Positions 1-13,509 of a stretch of 64,000 nucleotides of DNA are shown one piece after another. Position 1 is the first letter of the stretch; each line of letters starts with the position of its first letter. Made by a program: the position numbers and the translations under genes. This DNA is from Octopus vulgaris. Taxonomy: Eukaryota. The DNA lies in assembly GCA_951406725.2 (NCBI GenBank), contig OX597815.1, positions 185,132,001 through 185,196,000 on the forward strand. Direction: 5' to 3'. The notes below the pieces were generated by a model. It was not told the DNA's origin. It saw only the letters and a program-made list of their open reading frames with translations, and did not search any database.

Positions 1-189
1 ATTTTGACACATATTAAATTTAAATGTTCAAGTGAAAAATCTAACGGTTTCCGTGTGTTTTTAGATGGTTTACAAACACCTTCCACGCTGCAATTGTTTT
101 TGTTTCAGCACATGATTTCAGACTATGTTACTTGTTATGCAAGTACATCTCCGTAATACATATATATACCGGAGTAAGCACATAAATGT

Positions 190-190
190 G

Positions 191-260
<70 letters not shown>

Positions 261-297
261 ATTATATAAACATATATATATATATATATATATATAA
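190..297. repeat. (TA)n microsatellite, interrupted
   Basis: Direct reading of TA dinucleotide runs; explains the YI-repeat ORFs 125..313 and 128..310. Confidence 0.97.
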
Positions 298-965
298 ACA
301 CATTTCCCATTAACTTCTATCTTTTACTTGTTTCAGTCATTACATTGCTAGTAACATTTTTAGTCGAATGAATCGGCTTCAGTATTTGTTATTTTTTAAA
401 ACTGATAGTTATTCTTATTCTACATCATTTCCAGCCCGTAACACCGGTTTACCGGTGGATGACTTATTTTTCTCTATACCGTAGCACATTTCTACCGGTG
501 GAGTGTATCTTGAAGCCAGGTGTATGATCAAATAAAGTTCAGGAGGTCCGGGCTCAAACGGTTAATATTACTGCTGTTCATATCAAAACATTGTGGTGTG
601 TGCACCTAAAACTTGCTAAAGATGGAGCACAGGTGATAATTTATTCGTTCAAATATAAGCATTTATAAAAAGGAAATTATTAAACCTGTATTCTACAACT
701 TCTAAATCTTTGCTAATTCACAACCAATATTAGCAAGCAAGTTGCTTAAATTATAGTTGTCAATATTACGTCGGGAAACAATTATTCCACTCTGAAAACG
801 ATAGATACAAATTTATGCATAACACTTCAACTAACTGAATCAACCCCACAAAAACCATTATACGCAACTTAAGTAAATACACACACTCAAAACCAGATTC
901 AAGCCTGCTTCTGATTCACACTTATGGAACAAAACTCAGTATTGTACACATAAACAGGAATATTG

Positions 966-1110
966 TTTCCTACTCTAGGCACAAGGCCCGAAATTTGGGG
1001 GGAAGAGACCAGTCGATTAGATCGACCCAGAACCAGTACGCAAATGAAACGTAATTTATCGACCCGGAAAGGCAAAGTCAACCTCGGTGGAATTCTAAAT
1101 ATTAGAACGC
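966..1110 (-). mobile_element. SINE-A partial copy (tail type 2)
   Basis: Contains TTTATCGACCCGGAAAGGCAAAGTCAACCTCGGTGGAATT and the tail AGGCACAAGGCCCGAAATT, matching other copies in the window. Confidence 0.8.
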
Positions 1111-1149
1111 TATAAGGACACTGAAATTCATCTAGTTGGCTTGTAATTT

Positions 1150-2140
1150 TCGATGATGATTCCAGAAAAGTAATGAAGTCCATCGCCAAACACTTCAGGT
1201 GTCAGGTGTGCACGATTACATTCGATACAAGCCGTATGCAGAGAAGGGAGGATAATTCATGTCTGCAATGAGATACGAAAACCGTTTAATCCATGCGTTT
1301 ACGTAAAAAAGGTTAAACACTCTCACGAACATGGCAAGCTCTCGTTTTTCACTGATGAGAAAACTTCGACTAAGACCAGTAGCCTAAGAGAAGAAATGGC
1401 AGATGGCTATGTTCAGATCGTTCTAATGACCTCAGAATGATGCATAATTTGTTTAAAGCAACCATAATTGTTTTAGGAGTGGTAAATAAGACATGCCATG
1501 TCATGATACCTCTCGTTTTTCCACAGGGTCTTAGAATTAATAGCGTTGGATGCATTGAGGTGCTCTGACAGTGGTAAGTCCTGGAAGGATGACGTATCTA
1601 GTAGATGGCCATACTTGCTTCAACAAGATTCCACATCTTTTCGCAAAATCCATGAAGCAGGTATGACGTCAGACAACGTTTATAACCGAATAACACCAAA
1701 CCCGTGGCCTCCAAAACTAACTAGATTTAAATTACACGGATTACTACATCTGGAGGGAGCGTTGGTGAAAGACAGTCTAACCGACATTATGACAATACCT
1801 ATTTCTTTATTATCCACAAGGGGCTAAACATAGAGGGGACAAACATGGACAGACATAGGTATTAAGTCGATTACATCGACTCCAGTACGTAACTGGTACT
1901 TAATTTATCGACCCCGAAAGGATGAAAGGCAAAGTCGACCTCGGCAGAATTTGAACTCACAACGTAACGGCAGACGAAATGCCGCTAAGCATTTCGCCCG
2001 GCGTGCTAATACCACAGTCTCACCAGGGCCGCCTTGGTTCGGGTGATGCTCGAAATGAATAGCGAGCACATAGTGCACGCATGCCAATGCATCCGGTCCC
2101 ACATTTACGCAGTCATCGAAGCTGAGGCTGATTCATAGAA
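1150..2140 (+). pseudogene. Decayed Tc1/mariner-superfamily (maT/DD37D-like) transposase, interrupted by SINE-A
   Basis: Frameshifted remnants FFTDEK (~1345), LQQDS (~1620), PNPWPP..DYYIW (1700-1755), then after the SINE ACQCIRSHI..AVIEAE (2075-2130). Confidence 0.7.
1800..2007 (-). mobile_element. SINE-A (tail type 1), 5'-truncated
   Basis: Near-identical to 4217-4450; flanked by AATACC at 1794-1799 and 2008-2013. Confidence 0.92.
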
Positions 2141-2446
2141 CAGTCTTCTAAGAAGCTTATCGAAAAAACGATCAAAAATTGTTATTGAAATACATTTAGT
2201 TACTGCTAGATTAGAGTTGATTTATTCAATTTCCAAATATGCTCTTATTTAGTCATCCTAAACTGCATATATAGTAAAACAGAGATGGGGATTGACAAAA
2301 GCCGACACAAGTTTTGCAGTAGGTTTTCACAGAAGTGCGAAAACGAGATCTCTAAGATGCTGCTTGTCTATATATTCATGTACATATACATGTGAGAGTA
2401 TGTGTGCGTGAGTGTGTGAATATATCCTCACATGTACGCTTATATA

Positions 2447-2804
2447 CAGGGTGATTCAAAAGTCTCCATACATAGGGAAAATATATTTTTTTTATAAGAA
2501 ACAGTTTATAAGATCCCCGTATCTGACCCCTATCTTTGGGAGCATTTGAAAGGCATGGTGTATTGCGGAAAGAGATAAAAGACAAATCATTTGAAGGAGC
2601 GCATCACCAACTCCTTTGCACAAGTCTCACCAGATGTGATATTAAGAGTTCACAATGAGTGGGGTAAACGTGCTGCAATGTGTATTCAAAACAAGGGTAA
2701 CCATAAATAGAGCCTGTGAAATATAAAAAAAACCAGTTCTTATAAACTGTATCTTATAAAAAAGATAAATTGTTCCTATGTATGGCGACTTTTGAATCAC
2801 CCTG
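2447..2804 (+). mobile_element. Internally deleted Tc1/mariner-type element (MITE-like)
   Basis: TIR CAGGGTGATTCAAAAGTCTCCATACATAGG / CCTATGTATGGCGACTTTTGAATCACCCTG, with TA at left. Interior encodes a transposase C-terminal remnant (YLWEHLKGMVY..HLKERITNSFAQVSPDVILRVHNEWGKRAAMCIQNKGNH). Confidence 0.88.
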
Positions 2805-3027
2805 GATATGCGTGTATGTATGCACACATGCATCTATGTACATATGGATGCCTAGGACTAGATGAATATATGAAATGTTTGAGTAGTCGGCTCAAAAGAT
2901 AGTTTCAAAGCGTTGAGAGTTAATTTTGTGCATCATTCAATCTACTCTTTAACTTAATTCTCCAAATTTATACATAGGTTCCATTCCATTGAGTTATGTC
3001 TTTAAGACACCTATAGATATACGTATA

Positions 3028-3101
3028 TTACGTGTGTGTGAGTGTGTGAGTCTGTGTGTGTATATATACATATATATACACGAATATATATATATATGTG
3101 C

Positions 3102-3132
<31 letters not shown>

Positions 3133-3344
3133 TATGTGGGTGTTTCTGTCTGTCAGTATGAATACATAAAACTTACTTGCGTATGGTAGCACGTGTGTGA
3201 GTGTAGATATATATGTGTGTGTGTGCGTGAGTGCGTGAGTGCCTGTGTGAGTGTGTGTTTGTGAGTGTGTGTGTGCGTAAGTGTGAGTGTGTGTGTGTAT
3301 GTACATATATATTTGCAAAGACATACATATACATTCACATGGAG

Positions 3345-3375
<31 letters not shown>

Positions 3376-3428
3376 TGTATGTATGTATGTATGTATGTAT
3401 GTATGTACGTACGTATGTATGTGTGTGA
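3028..3428. repeat. Compound (TG)n/(TA)n/(GA)n/(TATG)n microsatellite
   Basis: Direct reading. Confidence 0.95.
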
Positions 3429-4216
3429 ATGCGAAATGGCAGAGAGCAAGTTTGAAATTGAAGAAAGATAAATATTCTGTTAATATATTTGAAAAATTTT
3501 CTGTATGATTAGTTCTTTTAATTTAAAATATACCCGCTTGATCCTAGGAGTAATTGAAATCTATGAAAAAACCTTTACTTTTGTAAATAAAATAAAGATT
3601 ATTTTAATAAAATCTGCCATACATTTCAATATATCTCGACAAGGTTTTCATCATATATTATTTTTCAATTTCAGTTTCAATTATAAACGCTTGTATTTAG
3701 GGAAATATTTTACTTTCATTGATCTGCACGAAAAGTAAGTAAATAAGAAAAGAAAAGAAAATCGCAGAACCGTTATTAAAGGAAAACATAATTTTGGTAT
3801 TTTTAACTGTAGCTCATTTTCACGAATGGCAACTTTCCCAAGGATTTTTTCCGCTTGGATTATTATAAATTTATTGACAAGAGATATATATGAAGCAAGA
3901 TACGGTTTCTACCTTGGCATGGCTCAATTTTTTAATAAATCTGTTGGAAAAATGCTTGCATATGCTAACGTATATTTAGTTATTTAATCCAGTGATGAAC
4001 GTCATCACTTGTGGAGCCTTAAATGATTGTATTTCCTGACTTCTTATAAAGCAGGTGCAATCTCATTAAATCCCATCGACTTATAAGCAGAGTCTTTCAT
4101 TCTTTTTGGAGATGATATAAATTCCAAACTATGGCATTGGATTGGTGGAATAATCGAAACATCAAATGAGACTCCTTGCGGAATCGCGTTCCGGCTATTT
4201 GCTGTCTTACAATACC

Positions 4217-4450
4217 TATTTCTTTACTACTCACAAGGGGCTAAACACAGAGAGGGCAATCAAGGACAGACAGACGAATTAAGTCGATTATATCGACCCC
4301 AGTGCGTAACTGGTACTTAATTTATCGACCCCGAAAAGATGAAAGGCAAAGTCGACCTCGGCGGAATTTGAACTCAGAACGTAACGGCAGATGAAATACG
4401 GCTAGGCATTTCGCCCAGCGTGCTAACGTTTCTGCCAGCTCGCCGCCTTA
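4217..4450 (-). mobile_element. SINE-A full-length (tRNA-like head, conserved central domain CTTTCATCCTTTCGGGGTCGATAAATTAAGTACCAG, tail type 1)
   Basis: Multicopy in window; B-box-like GAGTTCAAATTCC; 16-bp TSD GCTGTCTTACAATACC (4201-4216) / GCTTTCTGACAATACC (4451-4466). Confidence 0.93.
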
Positions 4451-4938
4451 GCTTTCTGACAATACCACCAAAACCACTGATGCCAAGATATATCAGATCT
4501 CAAGCCGAAGTATTCCCCACGGAAAACATCAGTAGCATGGATATTTGACTCATACATAAGTGACACTCAGTTTTCCACAAAATAGCTTGTCTAGGCTTGC
4601 AAAAGCAGCAGATAAATGATGAACAGTGTACAAGAGAGGTATCTAGAATTCCTTTTAATCCTGGTAGAGTGGATGCGTATCTTTCTTCTCCATTGCAAAG
4701 TCTGAATTATATAGAGCCAGCTTCCACTTCAGAGTCAGAAAATAATCCAGGACCTAGTAAGCCTCTACAAAGCTCACGTGAGACCCACCGTAGAATGATG
4801 ATCCTACATTTCGAACAGTTTTGCTGCTATGAACACAGTCATACTGAATCACATCCAAAACAAACAAAAAAAAGATCATGTGACTGCTTCCTGGATTTCG
4901 GATTTGCTACCACCTTTTTCCCCTTCCATATTTATCAA

Positions 4939-5170
4939 TTTTTTTACTACCCACAAGGGGCTAAACATAAAGGGGACAAACAAGGACAGACAAACGGATT
5001 AAGTCGATGACATCAACCCCAGTGCGTAACTGGTACTCAATTTATCGACCCCGAAAGGATGAAAGGCAAAGTTGACCTCGGCGGAATTTGAACTCAGAAC
5101 GTAACGGCAGACGAAATACGGTTACGCATTTCGCCCGGCGTGCTAACGTTTCTGCCAGCTCGCCGCCTTA
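4939..5170 (-). mobile_element. SINE-A full-length
   Basis: Matches 4217-4450; ~10-bp TSD ATTTATCAAT / ATTTATTAAT. Confidence 0.92.
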
Positions 5171-5424
5171 ATTTATTAATCGTTACCGCAATTACCCCTC
5201 CCTTATTTATCGTTACCATAATAAACAGTAACCTCTGATTCTTGGTTCTAACTATTTTGCGACACTTTAACTAAGGAATTTCACACTTACTCCGCTATCC
5301 CCGCTCCTCGTGATATTCATATTATGTCATGCGTGACCCGTTTGGGTGATACAGTTTCACGCAAGGCCCGAGACGGAAGATCACTCCAATGCCTGCCTTC
5401 CTGAAGAACATGTATGAAGGTGTG

Positions 5425-5798
<374 letters not shown>

Positions 5799-5799
5799 T

Positions 5800-6888
5800 G
5801 TTAAACAAAGCTGCAAAAATAAATATATTAATGCAGTGCTGAAAAGTGAATTAAGCAACATTGTACGAGTTGGCAGTGAGCTCCTCAAGAAGTGCTCTCT
5901 TCCTGATGATCTCCTATACAACCCCAAAACAGTTGAGCTCTCTTACCTCAGAAAACACTTGGATGGAATGCACCCGGAATACAATAAGAGACCATGCATG
6001 GGTATGTTGCCCGGAAGCTTGAAGAAGACAGTAGAATTGACACCAAGAGCAGCCACTCTTAGACACAAGACAACTACATCACATCACACTTTGAATGCTA
6101 TGCGTTTGCAATCCAGAAACAGGAAATTGCCACCAAGTACCTGGTGAACAAGAGAGATAGCGACGTTCTTGTAATCCCAAGGTGCAACCGCAGGTTGAGG
6201 CTATGTCATGTTTCTGTGGAAGACTTCATGCATTTGATGAGCAGCTGTCCTAAAATGACGTCACGGTATTACCTCTCTATGCAGCACGATGTTGTTGCTA
6301 AAACAATTTACAATGCCATCCGCGAAAAAGACTTCCCTGAAATAAAGGTAGAAAACCCCTGTTATGGAATACATTGATAAACATCAACTCAAAAAATACT
6401 GGTGGAATATTCCCATCAGGACCTCTATCAAATGTAAATATAACAGGTCAGATATTGTTGTTTGTGACAGAGGGACAAAGGTATGTACCATCATAGAGAT
6501 CAGCTTCCCTGCAGATATGAATAACTCTTTGAACATGAAAGAAAAAGAGGATATCTATGGACAACTGCTTTGAAACCTTCAGCTTCTATATCCACACTAT
6601 GAATTCATATTCATACCAGTAATAATTGGAGCACTAGGTTTTGTTAGTAAATGCTTAAAGGAGAATCTGGATAAACTGGGATTTTCAGATAGAGAAATTG
6701 ACCGGCTGACTCGTATATTAAAAGTACAATATGTAAGTGGAACACTAAAAATATGCAAGACTTTTCTCAAGTTCCTAATATGAATTTGTCTGTGTTAACT
6801 ACATCCCAAAGATGGAGCCTTGTACCTTTGTTAGAAACCGGCTCCTTCCTCAGTGGTAGTTTTATAATAATTAAAAAAAGGAGAGATA
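5800..6888 (+). mobile_element. 5'-truncated RLE-type non-LTR retrotransposon (R4/Dong-like) inserted in (TACA)n
   Basis: Frameshifted ORF C-terminus: AIQKQEIATKY, degenerate CCHC knuckle (LRLC..HLMSSC), QHDVVAK (RHD motif), NRSDIVV..IIEI (PD-D/E nuclease), KEKEDIY, IPVIIGALG, ending KICKTFLKFLI* at 6783. Short 3'UTR; (TACA)n on both sides. Confidence 0.9.
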
Positions 6889-6908
6889 TACATACATACA
6901 AACATACA

Positions 6909-6939
<31 letters not shown>

Positions 6940-7348
6940 TTACTGCCATGCAAAACCATGTAAAAACGAGGTTCGGCGCCCGGAACGGTTGATTCTCGTC
7001 TGCTTACGATTTAAGTGAGTACCTATATGCACCAAGCTTATATACATATATACATTGTGAGTGTACCTTTACAGATTACAAAGACATGGGAAGCTTTCCA
7101 CTAAACTATTAATGTAATCGGTTCATTCTAGGGATTATTCAATGAGATTAGGGGGCATTTACATTTTACTATCGTCCGAGGTTACTGAAAGGTTCAGTTC
7201 AGATTAAGGCCTCTAGATACTTGCATTTTAAACCAATGTGAGAATTTCTGTACGGTGGGGTTCATGCAGACACTAAATGTACGTAGTGCCACTAATGTAC
7301 GTAGTCCCACTTAATAAGACAATGTACATTAGACACCTGGTCAAATGC

Positions 7349-7590
7349 AGTGAGGCGGCAAAATAATTAGAATGTCGAAAAAGTGTTTTGTGACTCTTCA
7401 CGTTCTGGGGTCAATTTCATCTAAGTTCATCCTTGCCTTTCATCGTTTCAATGTCGATAAAATCATTGCCTTTCATAGTTTCAATGTCGATGAAATATAG
7501 TTCCGGTCAAGTATTGGTGTCGATGGTATCGGCTAACCCCACCTCCCATCCCACAATACTCCTGGGCTTATTCCTAAATTAGAAACCATT
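7349..7590 (+). mobile_element. Degenerate SINE-A (tail type 2) with a ~31-bp internal duplication
   Basis: TTGCCTTTCATCGTTTCAATGTCGATAAAAT occurs twice (7432-7495); head and tail similarity to other copies. Confidence 0.65.
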
Positions 7591-8948
7591 CCCTAGATAT
7601 TCTTTATTACGTGTGAGTCTGTATGTGTAAGCTAGCATGTATACCCTTCCGTGTGCGATCATTCGCTGTGTACCCAGTGCTTCCATATCTGTGGTAGCAT
7701 CAGGGCAACTACACATGCATATGTAGGCGTGCGCATGTGCAAGCTTATTGTTTGTATGAGTGCCATCACATTCTGTATAGTTGTCTTCCGTCAAAAATGT
7801 CATTGACTTTCTTTTACCTTTGCTTGACATCTGTTCTGCTAAAATTAACAATCAAATACTTCTAAATGGTTGACACATGACATTATATTTAACTTCCATT
7901 ATTGTTCCTCCGGGTCTACGTCTTTTGCTTCTCTCTCCTCCCGAATCACTGCCACTTTCTTTTAGTCTACCATATTTTCGATCAAAGTTTTGTGGGGGAG
8001 CGTTACCTGAAAAATTATTGTCCTTCAAAGATCGATCTCAGAAGAAATCGTTACAGTTACGTCTACCATACATTGTATAACGTACAAATTATCGCATGGA
8101 TCCGCAGTAATAAAGTCCCTTGATAAATGTGAGTGTAAGTGTATGTGACTATATATATACACATCTGTTGAAACCCCATGTTAACAGGAAATATGAATGG
8201 GAAGCTGTCCCTTGTCTAAGACAGCAACAAATCCTAGAATCAGTTGCGAAAGAATTTTTAATTATAATCCCCTTCAGCTTGGCTCACATAAATTGATTTC
8301 TTTATTCCTTTAAAACAATATATATTTCTCAGCGTTACTTTGTCTACAAGTTGAAATATATTTTTTATTTCATCTTTTGTGAAGATCAGTTGTAGTTAGA
8401 GTGCATTTAATGATATTTGAATTGACAAGATGAAATATAATTGTAAAAGAAAACGTGATTGTAATTTGTCTGCCATGAAATATTTTGTCATATACAAAGA
8501 AATTTTCTTCATTTCTGTCTCATTTTGTGGACTGTATTGGTACATCTGACATTCGTGATACCCAAAATAACTGCGGTGCATGACTGAGTTGGTAATCGTA
8601 TTAAAATTACTTATTTCCAATGTTCTTCCTCGGAGTTAGGCTGAGCTGCTCTACAATATATTGGCAATCCAACTCGCATAAGTGACTTGGTCGGTTAAGG
8701 TCATCTCCAAGCCAAAATAACATAATCAATGTATCTGTTTATGAATAAAATAAAGTGTAAATTCTTATAAATGCTATTGGTTAAGCTTAATTTATCATAT
8801 ACTTTTATGTGTAAAGTCATAAGCCAATATGAAAGCTTCTCTCATGGTAACTATCGCCATATTGTGTGTTCTAAATAACATCCAGTTTCAAGTAATTTAT
8901 ACACAAATATTGTTATCAAATAATAGTGAAGTGTCTGATTCTTTACTA

Positions 8949-10221
8949 CGAGGGACGTTCAATAAGTAATGCCTCTGACCCACTTGCAGTTGTTTGATCT
9001 AGCTGAAATTTTTCATGTGCAATTATTTATATCTCTACAGCTCTGAGCTAATTGTGGTTTCTGATTTACAGGTGTTTGAACTGAGTCAAGTGTGAAATGG
9101 AGCCTGTTGAGTGTCGAGCAGTGATCCCGTTTTTGTGTTTGAAAGGACGCACAACACAGGAGACTTTTGATGAAATGAAAGTAACTTATGGTGATGATGC
9201 CCCATCATATGACCTTGTAAAACGCTGGCATCGTGAATTCAAACATGGTCAGAATTCTGTGGAAACAGCTCCCAGATCTGGTCACCCCCTTCTGCCATTG
9301 ATGAGGCATCTGTCCGTCAAGTTCAGGCTGCCATTTTGGAAGATCGATGCATAACTATTCGCCAAATAGCCCATGAGGTCAAGATTAGTACCGGGTCTGT
9401 GGAAACTATCATTCATGACCATTTGCATATGCAAAAGGTGTCTGCCAGATGGATTCCCAGGTTGCTCACACCTTTCCAGAAGCAAGAACGGGTCGAGTGC
9501 TCGAGGATGAATTTGGAGGTGTGCCAAGAAGATGAGTCAAAATTTTTCAAAAGACTGATTACACAGGATGAAACCTGGGTCCATCACTATGATTCAGAGA
9601 CCAAAGCCCAGTCAATGCAGTGGAAGCACCGTGACTCACCTCCTCCAAAGAAGGCAAGGGTGCAGCCCTCCGCTGGCAAGGTCATGCTCACAGTCTTCTG
9701 GGACCAGGACGGAGTAGTAATGACAGATTTCCTGGCAAAGGGTACCACAATTACAGGAGCCTATTATGCTTCACTTTTGAGGAAATTATGAGAAGCTATC
9801 AAAATCAAGAGGCGGGGCAAGATCAGCAAAGGCATCCTCCTCCTGCAGGACAACGCTCCGGTTCACAACTCGCGTGTCGCCAGATCAGAAGCACAGGCGT
9901 GCTGCTATGAACTCCTCCCCCATCCCCCCTACGCTCCTGACCTTGCACCCTCTGATTTTCACCTCTTCCCAGCCTTGAAGTTTCTTTTGAAAGGAAAGCA
10001 TTTCACAGATGATGCAGCCTTGATTTCTAAAGTCACGTCGTGGTTGGAGGACCAAGCTGGGGTCTTCTATAAAAACGGTCTCCAGCGCTGCATCAAACGA
10101 TGGCAGAAATGCGTAACTCTGAGTGGTTCCTATGTAGAAAAAGACTAATAACTGTGCCAAGTTTCGTTGCTCTACTACTATGGGAAGTGAGTCAGGGGCA
10201 TTACTTATTGAACGCCCCTCG
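8949..10221 (+). mobile_element. Full-length mariner element (~1.27 kb, irritans-like TIR)
   Basis: TIR CGAGGGACGTTCAATAAGTAATGCC / GGCATTACTTATTGAACGCCCCTCG; TA duplication at 8947-8948 and 10222-10223. Confidence 0.96.
9097..10148 (+). pseudogene. Mariner DD34D transposase pseudogene
   Basis: Motifs WIPRLL, ITQDETW, LLQDNAPVH, HPPYAPDLAPSDF. One frameshift near 9290, one in-frame TGA at 9789-9791; native stop TAA at 10146-10148. Confidence 0.95.
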
Positions 10222-11205
10222 TACGTTGGTTATAGTGAACAACTAGTACCATAGTATGTTTAAAATTATTAATATATTAATACAAAATTATTCAAACGAT
10301 TTAAAGCGAGATGGAATTGATAAAAACAAAGTGTTAAGAAACACTAACGTTTTAAGAGATTAACGAATTAATATTTATTTAGAATTTGTCATTGAAAGCT
10401 ACTTCTCGTGAATTTTTAAACTTTGTGCCGTAACCAGTATGTCTTCCTCACAGGAAGACCTCAACCTCAATACCAAGATTCCATCAATTACAACCTTATT
10501 TAACTACGTTTATGACTTATGTGCAGATCGCATCTTTCATTCGTGAAATATTATCTTCGCTACATAATATTCAGTTACCGTCGTTTGGTAATCGATTCCG
10601 TCAGTTGAAATTCTGCGCGTTAAGCTTAATGAACCTCTATACGAGGTTCATAATTGGTCGCACGATGTAGGAACTATCAATTTCACTTCTTGCATTAAAG
10701 TTTCTAGCCTCATTGCCATATGAGGAAACCTCCAACAAAGATAATCTTTGACTTGTTGTATCCCAATATTTCAAAAAACCTTTGCGTGTGTAGTTGATCA
10801 TGGACAGAATATCCAATCATTAAGATTTCAGTTCTTTACCCAACTGAAATATGAGGCTCAATGTATGTGAGCAACCGAGTATTCCACAGATATTTCTAGC
10901 TTTCATGTCTTTCTCAGGTAGCATCTGTGTGACATATTGGGGCAAGGTTTGACTTTTGAATTGCAAATACAGCCATCCTACGAGGTTTTGTACAGTTTCC
11001 CCCATCGGAAATTGAGTAAAAACAAGATCCAAGTGCTCTGGAATCTATACAAAATAACATCAGGCCAACGCGCTACAATGTGGGATCGAACCCGAAGACT
11101 AGTGATTGCGAAATAGACTTTTCAAGTATTTTGCCTTATATAAGTGTGCACGTGTTCTTGCATAACACACATACACACGTATTTTTGCAGTTTGCATCGA
11201 CAAAC

Positions 11206-12123
11206 CTATATTTTTTCTGGAAGCTGTTCTAATAGAGCCCGTTCTGTTTGAATTAACAGGTGGACCGTGTTGGAGGTCCAATTTACCTTTTCTGCAACGG
11301 TAGCCTGAAGTTTTGTTATCTCATCTACTCTTTCTGCCAGGACTGCCGCCATCAACCACATAGGGTCGACTTGAGGTGGGACATTTGGTATTTGTATTTG
11401 GGAAGTCCTCATACCAATGTATATTGGTATTAAAATCACATCTTCTGTTTCCAAGGATTTTATCGAGTTCGATTGTGCAGTTTATATGTTTTTTAGGTGT
11501 ACCTCGATGGTACCGAATTTTTTCCCTCTGGCTAGATATGTTATATCCTGCTATAAGGGCTTTAGACATTTTTCTACTTTCTCCTCGCTTAGTCGCTCGA
11601 TTTTTCTTTCTTTTCGGCAGTATGTTTTAAATATAATTGGGTTTTTTTCTTCTCTGTCAATAAAAGCTCTTCTGGGAGTTGAACCTTGACAACGCCGTCT
11701 TGAATTTTTATCATGTCCTTGCACATTAAAACGTCATTTTTCTTCGTCGACAGTTGGCGAGTTCAGTCTCCAGCTGCAGATGCAAAACTTCTTTTCTGTT
11801 TACCCGCCTCCGTTTGAAGTCTTTCCACTTCGACACTCTTCCTTGCAACGGTAGGAATTCGCTCTCAGACGAATCCGAAACATCTTCCAATACTACGTTT
11901 TCCACTTTTGTGGCCTCTAAATCTGTCGAATACAAACTTTTTGACATCTTGCCAGCAATTTAGTATTCCCCCCTACAGGGAAAAAACACAATAGTTTTCG
12001 AACAAAAACTATTATACAAATTTTAACAGCAAATATACATGCAACAACACGGAAACAGCCAACATAAACTACACTTACTATACAGACGCACTTCGGCAGC
12101 AATACCAACACTTCCAACTCACA
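11206..12123 (-). mobile_element. 5' portion of an L1/Tx1-like LINE (5'UTR plus decayed ORF1)
   Basis: ATG at 11947. Frameshifted peptide ARGKKFGTIEVHLKN..VDPMWLMAAVL..IQTERALLEQLPEKI is homologous to the ORF1 at 29300-29790. Confidence 0.72.
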
Positions 12124-12186
12124 CAGACGAAATATCGCTAAGCATTTCAAACGGAGTGCTAACGTTTCTGCCACCTCGCCGCCTTA
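12124..12186 (-). mobile_element. Isolated SINE-A head abutting the LINE 5' end
   Basis: Minus strand AAGGCGGCGAGGTGGCAGAAACGTTAGCAC..GCTTAGCGATATTTCGTCTG, then an abrupt switch to LINE sequence. Confidence 0.88.
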
Positions 12187-13455
12187 TTACGTATAAGATG
12201 AATGGAATAAGAATGCAAAACAAATAAACTAAGCCGGAACTGTTGGACAGATGTAAGTAGATTATATTAAATTTGTGCTTATAGACATTTATTTACAACA
12301 TAACTGTTATATCACGTATTATTGACATAGCGAAGGAGCTTGCCTTGCTCTCTATAATGTGGATGCATATACAGATGTACGGTTATAAACACGTACGTTA
12401 CTACCTTAGGTGAAGGCCTAACATTATAGAAGAGGGCGTTATTCGATTAAATCGAACTCGGAACTTGATTGGTACTATAATTTATCGATTTGGGAATTAT
12501 GAAAAACAATGTTCGCCTCGGTGGGATTTGAACTCCGAAGTTGGAATATTGGAAGACATTTTCTCTGACAGTCAAACGAATCTACTTATCAACAAAATTT
12601 GATTTCTTATTTTCTACATAACATCGTTATAGATAACGCTATGTGAAAGTACAAGAGAAAAATATAGTGTACTTATTACTTATGGAGCGCAGCAGTAAAA
12701 TCACTTTATTAGTACTCACCGTTTATATACTTATGCGTATATTATATTTTTATATTTTTCAGTTTTTATTTTATCTAGTTATTTTCGAAATTTATTTCTG
12801 GTAAACAATAGCAGACATTTTTCAATGACACTTATACTGCGAGCAAAGTCCGAATCAAATAGCTTTAGCACTCGTAGTAACAGAAAAAAATTAAACTTCT
12901 TACTAAATTAGAGCACTTGGTACCTTCTTCAAATCCAATTCATACATTTCTTGCAGACACACTGATACACGGAACACAAACACGCACACACTTATGCAAA
13001 AATCGTATACGAAAAATTATACATTATCATATACAAAGATGGAGCGCCAGGTGTCGTCCTGAAAACCAATTCAAATATTTGTTGCAGACAGACACGTTCA
13101 TAGAACATACACAATCACGCTCACACAAGTACAGAGAAATATACACAAGTAAATTCATACATATACGTCCGTGAATATCCATGTGCGTATATTGTGTAGC
13201 GAGATAAGATTTTCTTTTAAATATATCTTATTGAAAAACGACTATGTTCTAATTCAGTGTTTTTATTAATATTTCTTTGTATCTGAGTATCAGAGTATAT
13301 TTCGTTTAGAACAATAACGTTCCCAAATTCATTGTTATCAACATTTCCAGATTATATCAGCCACATCTTCTTGATAGAGGTGTTCTTTTTACACATACAC
13401 ACACACGCGCGCATATACATATACGTATATATACGTTTGTGTGCGCATATATCTC

Positions 13456-13504
<49 letters not shown>

Positions 13505-13509
<5 letters not shown>

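Noticed and set aside
430-566. piggyBac-like MITE (ends ..AAACGGTTAA)
   Set aside because: The left TIR and TTAA duplication cannot be identified convincingly.
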